A stretch of 64,000 bases of DNA from Candidatus Mcinerneyibacteriota bacterium. Lineage in GTDB: Bacteria; Macinerneyibacteriota; Macinerneyibacteria; Macinerneyibacteriales; DSCS01. The notes beneath the pieces were generated by a model. It saw only the letters and a program-made list of their open reading frames with translations. It was not told the origin of the DNA and made no database searches. Position 1 is the stretch's first letter. Every line of letters begins with the position of its first letter. Location: the NCBI GenBank assembly GCA_016937175.1, contig JAFGWL010000013.1:18821-82820 (forward strand), read 5' to 3'. Both the position numbers and the translations under genes were made by a program. Positions 36,647-46,372 of this stretch are shown piece by piece.

Positions 36647-37407
36647 TATTTGATCCTCAGATTGGAGTTCGGTAAGCGGGCGATATGTTTCCCCTCGATA
36701 AAGACGATATCAGGATCATTGAGATCGAGGGCGATCTCCTCTGTATTGTCTTCAGTTTCGATGGTAAAGACCCACATATGAGCTTCGGCGCCATGGGCGA
36801 ATTCTTTGACTTCATGGACAGGGTCTTTCCCATTCCCTTTGTATTTACGAAAGGAGACCACCGGATAGATGACCACGGGGTCGACATCCAGATGCTGGGG
36901 AAGCCAGTAGATAAACTGAAGGCCTACGATATTCTCGATCTCCACAGGCTCATCCTCTTCATCAGGGTCCTGAGGATCCTCCATCTGGGGGATCTTGACC
37001 TTAAAGGCGATCTCAGCCTCCCCCTTCTCTCCTGTCAGGTAGTTATGGATCCTCTGCTCCATGACATGCTCATAGATCGTTCCGGACAATTCCAATAACT
37101 CTCCTTCATCACCGCTTATTTTAAATGTATCTCCATTGAGGATTATATCAAGTCTCTCACGCCCCTTTTTCATAATTTTTTTCAGGTCTACCCAGTCCTT
37201 ACGGCCGATATATCCATAATCCATAAGTGACCTGAAAAACAAGGTGAGGGCCTTCTTCAGCTCTTCTTCATCGTCGCACTGATGATCAAGGGCTGTGTAC
37301 TGATAGAGCCATTTGACAGCCATGGAGAGTGTTTCGAGGCGTTCTTTGGGAGTGTAGACATTTTTGCGCAGCAGTATGCGCAGAAGGCCATCTTTAAAGT
37401 GTTTCAT
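36646..37407 (-). CDS. hypothetical acidic protein (253 aa)
   Basis: Intact ORF translationally coupled between purE and the radical SAM gene; no recognisable motif. Confidence 0.5.
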   Translation of the reverse strand: MKHFKDGLLRILLRKNVYTPKERLETLSMAVKWLYQYTALDHQCDDEEELKKALTLFFRSLMDYGYIGRKDWVDLKKIMKKGRERLDIILNGDTFKISGDEGELLELSGTIYEHVMEQRIHNYLTGEKGEAEIAFKVKIPQMEDPQDPDEEDEPVEIENIVGLQFIYWLPQHLDVDPVVIYPVVSFRKYKGNGKDPVHEVKEFAHGAEAHMWVFTIETEDNTEEIALDLNDPDIVFIEGKHIARLPNSNLRIK

Positions 37408-37409
37408 TT

Positions 37410-37928
37410 CTATCCTTTGAGGTAATTTTTGTATCCTTCTTTTTGGAGTCTCTCATTTTTGGCCAGGACATCATCGCGCATCTTCCTCTGATAATCCTCC
37501 ATCTTGCCCCTGAGTTCTTTGTCAGAGACAGAAAGAATACGTACAGCCAGGAGAGCGGCGTTTTTGGCTCCGGTATCTCCGATGGCCACAGTGGCCACGG
37601 GTATTCCCGACGGCATCTGGACTATGGAGTAGAGGGAATCCACGCCTCCCAGGTCTGAAGTCTTCATGGGAATGCCGATGACAGGAAGAGTCGTCTTGGA
37701 AGCCAGGACGCCGGGAAGATGAGCCGCTTTCCCTGCTCCTGCTATGATCACCCGGACTCCCCTCTCCACGGCTGTGGCGACCCGTTCCAGGGCCTCTTCT
37801 GTGGTACGATGAGCCGAAAGGATATACATATTATAAGAGATCCCGAAATCATCCAGGACCTCGGCGCATTTGGCCATACTTTTCAGGTCGGAATCACTAC
37901 CCATGAATATTTCAACATCACATTTCTT
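37410..37928 (-). CDS. purE: 5-(carboxyamino)imidazole ribonucleotide mutase
   Basis: Start at MKKCDVEIFMGSDSDL; SAHRTP-like SAHRTT, IIAGAGKAAHLPGV motifs; ATG overlaps lgt stop. Confidence 0.85.
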   Translation of the reverse strand, partial: KKCDVEIFMGSDSDLKSMAKCAEVLDDFGISYNMYILSAHRTTEEALERVATAVERGVRVIIAGAGKAAHLPGVLASKTTLPVIGIPMKTSDLGGVDSLYSIVQMPSGIPVATVAIGDTGAKNAALLAVRILSVSDKELRGKMEDYQRKMRDDVLAKNERLQKEGYKNYLKG

Positions 37929-38749
37929 CATGTCGCCTCCTCCTTCTTTTTGATGAAGACCAGATAGACAAACAGAGAGAAAAGAATGACAAAGAGGCTT
38001 AAGACTTGCCCCATGGTCACCCACCCCCAGAGGAGATAACCCAGTTGAATGTCGGGTTCTCGGCAGAATTCCACGAGAAAACGAAAAAGGCCGTAAAAGA
38101 TCCCAAAGAGCGGCCCCATGAGGGGGATATTCTTTGTCTTTCTGAGTGTCAGCATGAGAATGAGAAAAAGAAGCGCCCCTTCCAGGAGGGCTTCATACAA
38201 CTGAGACGGGTGGCGCGGGCTGATCCCAGCCATAGGGAAGATCACGCCCCAGCTCCCGTCTGTGGGTTTACCCCAGAGCTCACCATTTATAAAATTGGCG
38301 ATACGTCCGAAAAAGAGCCCGACAGGAGCAAAAAGAGCCATGCTGCCCAAAATGGTCCATAGTCCCTGCTTCCTCTGCCGGGCAAAGAGCCAGGCAGCCA
38401 GTAGCACGCCGATAAACCCGCCGTGAAAGGACATCCCCCCTTCATAGACCTTGAAGATGGCCAGCGGATGGGACAAAAAGGCTTTCAGGTCATAAAAGAG
38501 CACATATCCGAGACGCCCCCCGATGATCACACCGAGGGCTGCATAAAAGACCAGGTCGTCCACATCCCGCTGCGTGAAGGGAAGAATCCCTTTGCGGGAA
38601 AGAAGTCTCATTCCCAGGTAAGCTGCCAGGAAACCCAGCAGGTAGGCGATGGGGTACCACCGCAGGGCCAGGGGCCCCCAGATATGAAGGATGACCGGAT
38701 TGATATCATGTACCCAGATCACAGGTTCCCCCCCTCTTTGTTCAAGCAT
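37928..38749 (-). CDS. lgt: prolipoprotein diacylglyceryl transferase
   Basis: 273 aa; Lgt signature region GRIANFINGELWG. Confidence 0.9.
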   Translation of the reverse strand: MLEQRGGEPVIWVHDINPVILHIWGPLALRWYPIAYLLGFLAAYLGMRLLSRKGILPFTQRDVDDLVFYAALGVIIGGRLGYVLFYDLKAFLSHPLAIFKVYEGGMSFHGGFIGVLLAAWLFARQRKQGLWTILGSMALFAPVGLFFGRIANFINGELWGKPTDGSWGVIFPMAGISPRHPSQLYEALLEGALLFLILMLTLRKTKNIPLMGPLFGIFYGLFRFLVEFCREPDIQLGYLLWGWVTMGQVLSLFVILFSLFVYLVFIKKKEEAT

Positions 38750-39495
38750 CCAAGAAGCCTGCTGAATTCTTCTACGGTCAGTTCCTGGGCCCGGGCATCA
38801 GGGCTCTTTCCCAGGGACTGTAAAAACTCTATGACGACTTCTTTGTTATACTCTTTTTTGAGATTATTGACAAGAGTTTTCCTCCGTTCCCGGAAGGCCC
38901 GGAACAGGATATCAGCCTCTTTTCCACTGAACAGCGTTTCAGATACCGGCCTCATGGTTATCTTCAGAAGGGCCGAATCGACATTGGGGACCGGACGGAA
39001 GTCTCCCCTTTTGACCGTCCAAAGCTTTTCCACATGGGCGAAAAGACGGAGAAAGACACTGTAGGCGTTATAGTTTTCCGAATGGACAGGAGCTGTCAGG
39101 GCCAGCCCCACCTCTTTCTGGACCATGACGATGCCGCCGGCTATGGATTCCCTGTAGCGGATAAGATGGTTGAGAATAGGCTTTGTTATATAATAGGGCA
39201 GGTTGCCTGCAATGACCTGTTTTTTTCCGAAATCCAGGGGAATGTCAAGTATATTTCCCTGAACCACTTCTATTCCGGGGGAAATATCCCTGAGTACCGG
39301 GATCAGCTCCCGGTCGATCTCGATAACGACGAATCGGGGGAACGAGAGGCCGGCCAGTTCCCGTGTAAGGTTCCCGGTCCCACCGCCGATCTCCACCAGC
39401 GCATCCCCGTCGAATCCGGAAACAGCCTCGGCTATAGATTTAAGCCAGTGAGGATTGATTAAAAAATTCTGCCCGAACCTCTTCTTAGCCTTCAA
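38719..39495 (-). CDS. rsmA: 16S rRNA (adenine1518/1519-N6)-dimethyltransferase
   Basis: KKRFGQNFL N-terminus, SAM-binding VEIGGGTGNLT. Confidence 0.9.
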   Translation of the reverse strand: MKAKKRFGQNFLINPHWLKSIAEAVSGFDGDALVEIGGGTGNLTRELAGLSFPRFVVIEIDRELIPVLRDISPGIEVVQGNILDIPLDFGKKQVIAGNLPYYITKPILNHLIRYRESIAGGIVMVQKEVGLALTAPVHSENYNAYSVFLRLFAHVEKLWTVKRGDFRPVPNVDSALLKITMRPVSETLFSGKEADILFRAFRERRKTLVNNLKKEYNKEVVIEFLQSLGKSPDARAQELTVEEFSRLLGCLNKEGGNL

Positions 39496-39766
39496 CGACT
39501 TCCTCGGAAATGGTCTTGTAGAGAGAAGAAGCCTTCTGTTTTGAGACGTTTTTGGTCTGAGGTATCTCGCTGATCTCCACCACCAGGATCTTGTTATAGG
39601 CCTGGATCCTGATCCTGTCTCCCTCGTGTACTTCAGAGGCAGCCTTCAAAGTGACAAAACCGTCGGGCTCCTGAAGCCGCCAGACATGTCCCGCTTCACA
39701 GACTTCTTTGGCGGTGGAACGTTGTTTTAAAATCCTTGATAGCTGCAAAAACTTATCAGTTCTCAT
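39485..39766 (-). CDS. S4-domain RNA-binding protein
   Basis: 93 aa; MRTDKFLQLSRILKQRSTAKEVCEAGHV is S4-like. Confidence 0.65.
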   Translation of the reverse strand: MRTDKFLQLSRILKQRSTAKEVCEAGHVWRLQEPDGFVTLKAASEVHEGDRIRIQAYNKILVVEISEIPQTKNVSKQKASSLYKTISEEVVEG

Positions 39767-41010
39767 ATCAATATCTCTATATAATATTTATTTTGCAATT
39801 TAGCATATAGTTTTTCAATCTCTTCTTGAATTTTCTGCCCGTAGACATAATTTTTCACATAGTCCCGGACCTCTTCAAAAGCCATCTGTCGTGCTTCCTG
39901 GTGCTGATCGAGATAGATAAATGTCAGCCCGTTATTGATATAACTGACTGGTGAGATCTGGCCGGGTGCCAGCCTGTTAAGAATATCGAGTATGATGGTG
40001 TTTATCTCTCTTTTTTTGGCTTCCTCAAAGGGTATCAGCTGAACACCGCTCAGGCTGGCCCATTCGCTTATCCCTTCCATCCCCTTCTTCTCAAAGGCGG
40101 TCATTACGTTCTTCTCAAAGGCTTTGCGCTTCTCTTCACTCACAGCCGGCAGAAGGATGATATGGCTGATGGCTCTCTTCTCTCCCTGTATATCACGGCA
40201 TAGGGCGATATGATAGCCGAACTTTGTCTTGAAGGGGCGTGATATCTCCCCTTTTTTCAAATTGAAGGCGACTTCCTCGAACTCAGGGACCATCATCCCC
40301 TTTCCTATAAGGCCCAGATCGCCTCCCTTGGGAGCTGTGGGGCCCTGGGAGTATCGGCTGGCGGCCTCTTCAAAAGTCGTCTCATGGTCGAGAATACTTT
40401 TTCGGATATCAGCCAGCTTCATCATTATGGCCCGTTCGTCTTCGTCAGTCATAGCCAGAGGAAGATAGCCGATGGTATAGGTAAATGTTTCTGGAGTCTT
40501 GAACTCAGCGGAATTCTCATCGTAGGCCGCCTTGACTTCATCGTCGGAAATGGATATCCCCGGGCGGATCACAGTGGCGACATAGTTCTGGACGTACATC
40601 TCTTCTTTTATCTGCTGCCTGTAGATGGAGCGGAGGGTATTTTCATCCAGCCCCTCCTCCTTGAGGGCCTTTTTAAAAGAAGCTTCTCCTCCGAGGTTTT
40701 CCCGGATCCTTTCGATCATGGCATCCAGGCGCTTCTCGATATCATCGGAATTTACGACGAGTTCTTCGCTCTCAAGGGCTTCCATGTAGAGGACTTTGTT
40801 CTTTATCATCTCTTTCAGCACTTTACGCTGTTCTTCAATACTCTGGTCCGGGTTGCCCATCATAGCTTCTTTGACTTCACTTTTCAGAATGACCGTATCA
40901 TTGATACGGGCGGCGATTCCGTCGGAATAACCTTCTCCCTGGGCCAAAACCGATCCCGCTGTCATGAGAAGAACCGTAAGACATCCGATGATGTGTTTCA
41001 TATGCAACAC
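39763..41010 (-). CDS. SurA-like periplasmic chaperone / parvulin-type peptidyl-prolyl isomerase
   Basis: Signal peptide; SurA-N-like region; parvulin motif FKTKFGYHIALC. Confidence 0.75.
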   Translation of the reverse strand: MLHMKHIIGCLTVLLMTAGSVLAQGEGYSDGIAARINDTVILKSEVKEAMMGNPDQSIEEQRKVLKEMIKNKVLYMEALESEELVVNSDDIEKRLDAMIERIRENLGGEASFKKALKEEGLDENTLRSIYRQQIKEEMYVQNYVATVIRPGISISDDEVKAAYDENSAEFKTPETFTYTIGYLPLAMTDEDERAIMMKLADIRKSILDHETTFEEAASRYSQGPTAPKGGDLGLIGKGMMVPEFEEVAFNLKKGEISRPFKTKFGYHIALCRDIQGEKRAISHIILLPAVSEEKRKAFEKNVMTAFEKKGMEGISEWASLSGVQLIPFEEAKKREINTIILDILNRLAPGQISPVSYINNGLTFIYLDQHQEARQMAFEEVRDYVKNYVYGQKIQEEIEKLYAKLQNKYYIEILI

Positions 41011-41013
41011 TCC

Positions 41014-41955
41014 TTACCTTTTAAAATAGTTTTCATTGATTGTAATGTCATAACTCCGTTTTTTGAGAGAATTGATCCACTGGTCATACCGGAGCTCTCT
41101 TTTTTTCAGTAAAATGATCTGCTTGATAGTAGCTTCCACCTCTGAAAGGCTGATCTTTTTGGCATAGACCTTTTTTTCCACTTTAAAGAGGTGGTAACGT
41201 CCGTATTCATCTTCAAGGATCTGTGATACGCCCCCTGTCCTCAGGGCAAAGAGCTCCTTGGCGTAATTTTCAGGCAGGTCGTCACGGGTATAGATGCGGG
41301 TCCCGCTTTCATCCAGCTGTCCGGTCAGGGTGACATAGATATCATCAAACTTTTCACCCGCTTTCAGCCGTTCGGTGACGGCATTGGCCTCCTCCAAAGT
41401 GGCAAAATCAAGCTCTTTCACTTCAATGGATTCCGAATGGGTGTAATCATCCTGGTTGTCAGCGTAATACTTCAGGATCTCTTTGTTGGTGACATTGATA
41501 TTGTTATAGACCTTCTGTTCCTCCACAAGCCTGATAAGCCAGTAACGCCTGAGAAATTCTTTGAATCTGTCCCGGGTAAGCCCGGCCTTTTTGATGTAAT
41601 CCTGAAAATGTTCTTCGCCGTATTGGCCTATGATGTTCCTCAACTCCTCTTCCAGCTGATAATCGTTCACTTCGATCTTCTCGCGTCTCGCCACTTCGAG
41701 GATGATCTCCTCGTCGATATAGTCATTGAGGATCTTATATTTGAGCTGGATAAGATCGGCTTCCTTGACACCCTGAGTCGCAGCCCCCAGCCTAAAGGCG
41801 AAAAAATCCTCGAACTCACCGACGGTGACGATCTTGTCATTGATCTTGGCCAGGATGGCATTTCTCTTGATCTCTTCACTGCTGCGGGAACAGGCGCCGG
41901 CCAGAAGAGCCAGTGACGTCAAAACAGCGATGATTTTCCCTTTTGACAGAATCAT
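41014..41955 (-). CDS. SurA-N-domain lipoprotein with degenerate parvulin domain
   Basis: Lipobox LLAGAC; SurA-N-like; weak parvulin remnant EDEYGRYHLFKVE. Confidence 0.65.
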   Translation of the reverse strand: MILSKGKIIAVLTSLALLAGACSRSSEEIKRNAILAKINDKIVTVGEFEDFFAFRLGAATQGVKEADLIQLKYKILNDYIDEEIILEVARREKIEVNDYQLEEELRNIIGQYGEEHFQDYIKKAGLTRDRFKEFLRRYWLIRLVEEQKVYNNINVTNKEILKYYADNQDDYTHSESIEVKELDFATLEEANAVTERLKAGEKFDDIYVTLTGQLDESGTRIYTRDDLPENYAKELFALRTGGVSQILEDEYGRYHLFKVEKKVYAKKISLSEVEATIKQIILLKKRELRYDQWINSLKKRSYDITINENYFKR

Positions 41956-42809
41956 AATGTCCCTTCGAATCCTTTTACTCTATATTTAACCAGCAGGTGC
42001 TTGAGAAGTTCCTCCAAAGCCTCTTTTCCCTTGATCTTACGGATAGCCTCGCGGATCTCTCCGGCTACGGCTTCACGCTTTAAAAAGTCATTTTTCCAGA
42101 CCTTATCACGGACGACAAAGACATAATAAAAGGTCCGACCCTCCTCCTCATAACGCACGGGCCTGAGGGCTCTCCCTGTAGGGGCTGCAAGGATATCCTC
42201 CCGTATATCGTCTCCCAGGTCATTGAAGGGGAGATACCCCAGATCGGAAAAACCCGAAGTCTCTATCTCGCTGTAAAAAGTTGCGGGATCCATCTTCTGA
42301 TCGTTGACTGACTCCATGGCTTTCAGGGCTTCTTCTTCATTCCGTGTGAAGATGACGACAAGCCAGGCCATCCCCTCTTCTGCTCTGTATTCCTCTTCTT
42401 TTCGATTCTGATAATAGCGGTTCACTTCATCGTCGGTTACGGTGACCTCTTTTTGGACATACTGACGGATTGCTTCAGCGACAACAAGGTTTTCTCTGTA
42501 ATCCTCTACCTTCCGTTCAATGGAGCGGTAGGATGCGCTCCCCTTCTCAAGCCCCATGTTTGAAGACTCCAGCAGGATAAGACGGCTGCGAAGCCATCCC
42601 CTGATGATCTCGCTGCGTTGGGATTCGGTGAGTTTCTGTTCATCGATCCCCCGGTCACGCAGATAAGAGGAAAACTCCCCGGTGCTCAGGGTGAACCCTC
42701 TCCCTTCCAGAAGCAGTTCTCCCTCTCCCGGCCTCACGACAAAGAGGATAAGAGCGGCGATCAGCAGAACCGCACATACCATAAGAATGATCCATTTCTT
42801 TTTATTCAC
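41952..42809 (-). CDS. membrane-anchored SurA/PpiD-like chaperone-domain protein (no clear PPIase)
   Basis: GTG start with GGGGG RBS; N-terminal TM helix; third tandem paralogue. Confidence 0.55.
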   Translation of the reverse strand: MNKKKWIILMVCAVLLIAALILFVVRPGEGELLLEGRGFTLSTGEFSSYLRDRGIDEQKLTESQRSEIIRGWLRSRLILLESSNMGLEKGSASYRSIERKVEDYRENLVVAEAIRQYVQKEVTVTDDEVNRYYQNRKEEEYRAEEGMAWLVVIFTRNEEEALKAMESVNDQKMDPATFYSEIETSGFSDLGYLPFNDLGDDIREDILAAPTGRALRPVRYEEEGRTFYYVFVVRDKVWKNDFLKREAVAGEIREAIRKIKGKEALEELLKHLLVKYRVKGFEGTL

Positions 42810-42870
42810 TGAAAACCCCCATCATTAGAATAAAAGAAGCCCTTTCCTTTGTCAATCATCATCCGCCCTC

Positions 42871-42897
42871 GGCGGGGGAAACTAGACTTCCCCCGCT
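42871..42897 (-). other. GC-rich stem-loop (9-bp stem GCGGGGGAA/TTCCCCCGC) 3' of argF; lacks a U-tract
   Basis: Perfect 9-bp stem with 7-nt loop 17 nt downstream of argF stop; no adjacent T-run on either strand, so possibly an mRNA-stabilising hairpin rather than an intrinsic terminator. Confidence 0.35.
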
Positions 42898-42913
42898 AAA
42901 GGGCATGAGAGCC

Positions 42914-43894
42914 TCAGGCTCCCAGAGTCGCCACCATCACGGCTTTGATGGTGTGCATGCGGTTTTCCGCCTGGTCGAAGACTTTGGAATGCTTGCTTTC
43001 AAAGACTTCATCGGTCACTTCCTGGATCTCAGGATTGGCTTTGGACATGTCTGTATCTTCATTATGGAAAGAAGGCAAGCAGTGGAGGAAGATCATCTCT
43101 TCTTTCCCTGTCTTGCGCACCATATCCATGGTGATCCGGTAGGGTTTTAAAAGGTTGATCCTCTCCTGGATCTTGTCCTCTTCACCCATGGAGGCCCAGA
43201 CGTCTGTGTAGAGGACATCGCAGTCTTTGACGCCCTTATCCACATCATCGGTGATCGTGATAGAGGCTCCTGTCTCGGCAGCGATCTTTTCAGCATAATC
43301 CACCAGGGAATTTTCAGGGAAGAGGGATTTGGGAGCCACGATCCGGAAGTCCATACCCATCTTGGCCGCGCCGATCATCAGAGAATTGGCCATATTGTTG
43401 CGTCCGTCGCCGACATAAGCGAAGACGATCCCCTTGAGGCGTCCGAAATTCTCTTTGACGGTAAGGAAGTCGGCCAGGATCTGTGTGGGATGATATTGGT
43501 CAGTCAATCCGTTCCATACGGGGACTCCCGCCCAGCGTGCGAGTTCTTCCACGGTCTCATGCTTGAAGCCGCGGAATTCTATACCGTCGAACATCCTTCC
43601 CAGGACACGGGCTGTATCTTTGACCGTCTCTTTTTTCCCAAGCTGGATATCGTTTTTCCCGAGATATTCGGGATGTGCCCCTTCATCCACACAGGCCACG
43701 GTAAAAGCGGCGCGTGTCCTAGTCGAGGGTTTCTCGAAAATAAGGGCGATGTTCTTGCCTTCAAGGCTTTTTGTCCTGATGCCTGCATACTTGTTCTTTT
43801 TCAGGGTCTCTGACAGGCCGATGAGAAAATCGATCTCTTCAGGGGTAAAGTCTTTTAAAGCCAGCAGATGTCTTCCTTTCAGATTGAAAGCCAT
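42914..43894 (-). CDS. argF: ornithine carbamoyltransferase
   Basis: STRTR carbamoyl-phosphate motif, [13 protein letters not shown] ornithine-binding motif. Confidence 0.9.
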   Translation of the reverse strand: MAFNLKGRHLLALKDFTPEEIDFLIGLSETLKKNKYAGIRTKSLEGKNIALIFEKPSTRTRAAFTVACVDEGAHPEYLGKNDIQLGKKETVKDTARVLGRMFDGIEFRGFKHETVEELARWAGVPVWNGLTDQYHPTQILADFLTVKENFGRLKGIVFAYVGDGRNNMANSLMIGAAKMGMDFRIVAPKSLFPENSLVDYAEKIAAETGASITITDDVDKGVKDCDVLYTDVWASMGEEDKIQERINLLKPYRITMDMVRKTGKEEMIFLHCLPSFHNEDTDMSKANPEIQEVTDEVFESKHSKVFDQAENRMHTIKAVMVATLGA

Positions 43895-43912
43895 AATTCC
43901 TCCTTTAAATTT

Positions 43913-44860
43913 TTATTCGATAATGGTTCCTGTTTTGCCTTCTAAAGCTTCTTCAATGGTCTCGGGGAGAGTAATGATGACCTTTTTTCCGCCCATTTCA
44001 ATAAAATCGATGGCGGCTTTGATCTTGGGGCCCATGCTTCCCTTGGGGAAGTGCCCCTCTTCCATATACTTTTTGCATTCTGCCACAGTCATCCTGTCCA
44101 ATGTCCTCTCCTGGGGAGTCCCGAAACCCAGGGCGACTTTTTCCACCCCTGTGGAAATGACCAGTATCTCAGCCCCTATCTCCAGAGCCAGGACAGCGCT
44201 GGCCAGGTCCTTGTCTATAACGGCATCCACCCCTTCAAGGGTCCCGTCTTCTTCATAGTAGACAGGGATCCCGCCGCCGCCTACTGTGATGACGACGACA
44301 CCCTCTTCAATGAGGCGTTTGATGACATTCTTTTCCACCACAGTCTGGGGAACGGGAGAAGGGACCACCCGGCGCCATCCGCGCCCGGCGTCTTCCACTA
44401 TGCTCCAGCCCTTTTCACTGATCAGCCCTTTAGCCTGCTCTTCAGTATAGAACGGGCCCACGGGCTTTGAGGGATTAAGCATCTGGGGGTCCTGAGGATC
44501 CACGACCACCTGAGAGAGGATGGTGACCACATCCCGTTCGATCCCCTCTTTGGCAAGCCTGTTCTGCAGGGACTGTTCTATCATATATCCCATTCCGCCT
44601 TCTGTATCGGCCACAATGACACCAAGGGGCCGGTCAGGCACGTTTCTGGAAAGCCCGGCTTCGACCCGAAGCATCATATTTCCGGCCTGGGGACCGTTCC
44701 CGTGGGTAATTGCGACGTTGTAATCGTGTTTGATGACCTTTATTATCCCGTCCAGAGACGCCCTTGTATTGGCGAATTCTTCGGCGACGGTTCCCTTTTG
44801 CCCTTTGCGGATAATAGCATTCCCGCCCAGGGCGATGACGACTTTCTTCTTCTCTGACAT
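43913..44860 (-). CDS. arcC: carbamate kinase
   Basis: 315 aa; VIALGGNAI, THGNGPQ motifs of amino-acid kinase family (carbamate kinase). Confidence 0.9.
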   Translation of the reverse strand: MSEKKKVVIALGGNAIIRKGQKGTVAEEFANTRASLDGIIKVIKHDYNVAITHGNGPQAGNMMLRVEAGLSRNVPDRPLGVIVADTEGGMGYMIEQSLQNRLAKEGIERDVVTILSQVVVDPQDPQMLNPSKPVGPFYTEEQAKGLISEKGWSIVEDAGRGWRRVVPSPVPQTVVEKNVIKRLIEEGVVVITVGGGGIPVYYEEDGTLEGVDAVIDKDLASAVLALEIGAEILVISTGVEKVALGFGTPQERTLDRMTVAECKKYMEEGHFPKGSMGPKIKAAIDFIEMGGKKVIITLPETIEEALEGKTGTIIE

Positions 44861-44902
44861 GTCTTACCTCCAAAAAATAAAAGCCTGGCGTGTTGCTCCA
44901 TC

Positions 44903-44930
44903 ATTATAGTGAAAACATGGTCTTTAACAA
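44903..44930 (-). promoter_or_regulatory. sigma70-like promoter (TTGTTA-16-TATAAT) for arcC-argF
   Basis: Minus strand TTGTTA (44925-44930), TATAAT (44903-44908), GGAGG RBS, arcC ATG at 44860. Confidence 0.45.
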
Positions 44931-44945
44931 GAGAAATCAAAGAGG

Positions 44946-44972
44946 CCCGGGGAGAGGATTTCTCTCCCCGGG
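44946..44972 (-). terminator. probable intrinsic terminator of the COG2403 GTPase gene
   Basis: 11-bp perfect stem CCCGGGGAGAG-gattt-CTCTCCCCGGG just after the stop at 44981, followed on minus strand by CUCUUUGAUUUCUCUUGUU. Confidence 0.45.
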
Positions 44973-44980
44973 GAAAGATA

Positions 44981-46297
44981 TTATTTAATCTTTTTGGTGA
45001 TAATATCTTCCAGAGTGGGCTCGCCGATCTCCTGAAGTTCGTACTTCACGCGGACGGCAGGCTGTTTGATATTGATGATCCGACGCAGGTCGATGGGTGT
45101 CCCGATGATGACCATCTCGGCATCGCTCTTATTTATCGTCTTTTCCAGGTCTTTCATCTGATCTTCGCCGTAACCCATAGCCGGAAGGAGGATCCCGATC
45201 TCGGGATAGATCTCGAAGGTCTCGGCAATGGAACCCACAGCGAACTCCCTGGGGTCGATAAGCTCGGAAGCGCCGTATTTCATAGCGGCGATGACGCCGG
45301 CTCCGTACTGCATCTCACCATGGGTAAGTGTGGGGCCGTCTTCCACGACGAGGACACGTTTTCCGGCGATCTCATGACCGTTCTCCACAAAAATGGGAGA
45401 AGCGCCGTCCACGACGATGGCGTTGGGGTTGTGCAGGCGGATGTTCTCACGGACCTCTTCGATGCCTTCCAGGTCGGCGGTGTCGATCTTGTTGATGACG
45501 ATGACATCGGCCATACGGAGGTTGGCTTCGCCGGGATAATAGCTCACTTCAGCTCCGGGCCTGTGGGGATCGGCGACGACGATGGCCAGGTCAGGCTGAT
45601 AGAAGGGGAAATCGTTGTTTCCGCCGTCCCAGATGATGACGTCGGCTTCTTTTTCCGCTTCGCGCAGGATAGCCTCATAATCGACACCCGCATAGATAAC
45701 GCTGCCCATGGCGATATGGGGCTCATACTCTTCCATCTCTTCAATGGTGCAGTCATGTTTTTTCAGATCCTCGATAGAGGCAAAACGCTGGACTTTCTGT
45801 TTGACCAGGTCGCCGTAAGGCATGGGGTGACGGATTGAAACGACTTTTTTGCCCATAGCCTGAAGGATCTTGACAACACGGCGTGTCGTCTGGCTTTTTC
45901 CGCAACCTGTCCGTGTTGCGCAGATAGAGATCACGGGTTTGCTGGATTTGATCATCGTCGTCTTTCCGCCCATGAGCCAGAAGTCGGCTCCGGCTGCATT
46001 GGCGATGGATGATTTATGCATGACGTCGATATGCTTTTTATCGGAATAGGCAAAGACCACCACATCGATATTGTGCTTCTTGATCAGGTCCGTCATCTTC
46101 TCTTCAGGGTAGATCGGGATTCCCTGGGGATAAAGTTTTCCGGCCAGTTCAGCAGGATATTTCTTATCATCGATTCCGGGGATCTGAGTCGCAGTGAATG
46201 CCACCACGTTATAATCTTCATTGTCCCTGAAAAAGACGTTGAAGTTGTGGAAATCTCTTCCGGCTGCGCCGAGAATCAATACGTTTCTTTTTGCCAT
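44981..46297 (-). CDS. COG2403-type P-loop GTPase (cyclic 2,3-diphosphoglycerate synthetase-like domain)
   Basis: 438 aa; Walker A ICATRTGCGKSQTT; overall resemblance to the 'predicted GTPase' family found beside arc genes. Confidence 0.5.
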   Translation of the reverse strand: MAKRNVLILGAAGRDFHNFNVFFRDNEDYNVVAFTATQIPGIDDKKYPAELAGKLYPQGIPIYPEEKMTDLIKKHNIDVVVFAYSDKKHIDVMHKSSIANAAGADFWLMGGKTTMIKSSKPVISICATRTGCGKSQTTRRVVKILQAMGKKVVSIRHPMPYGDLVKQKVQRFASIEDLKKHDCTIEEMEEYEPHIAMGSVIYAGVDYEAILREAEKEADVIIWDGGNNDFPFYQPDLAIVVADPHRPGAEVSYYPGEANLRMADVIVINKIDTADLEGIEEVRENIRLHNPNAIVVDGASPIFVENGHEIAGKRVLVVEDGPTLTHGEMQYGAGVIAAMKYGASELIDPREFAVGSIAETFEIYPEIGILLPAMGYGEDQMKDLEKTINKSDAEMVIIGTPIDLRRIINIKQPAVRVKYELQEIGEPTLEDIITKKIK

Positions 46298-46372
46298 AGT
46301 TACCTCCTGTTTTTGTTAAGTTTTCATCCGATAATTACAATATATCCTTAAACCTTTTTGTCAAATCTTTTT

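Noticed and set aside
42863-42897. Intrinsic terminator after argF
   Set aside because: A strong 9-bp GC stem is present but neither strand has an adjacent U-tract. I kept it only as a low-confidence stem-loop feature.
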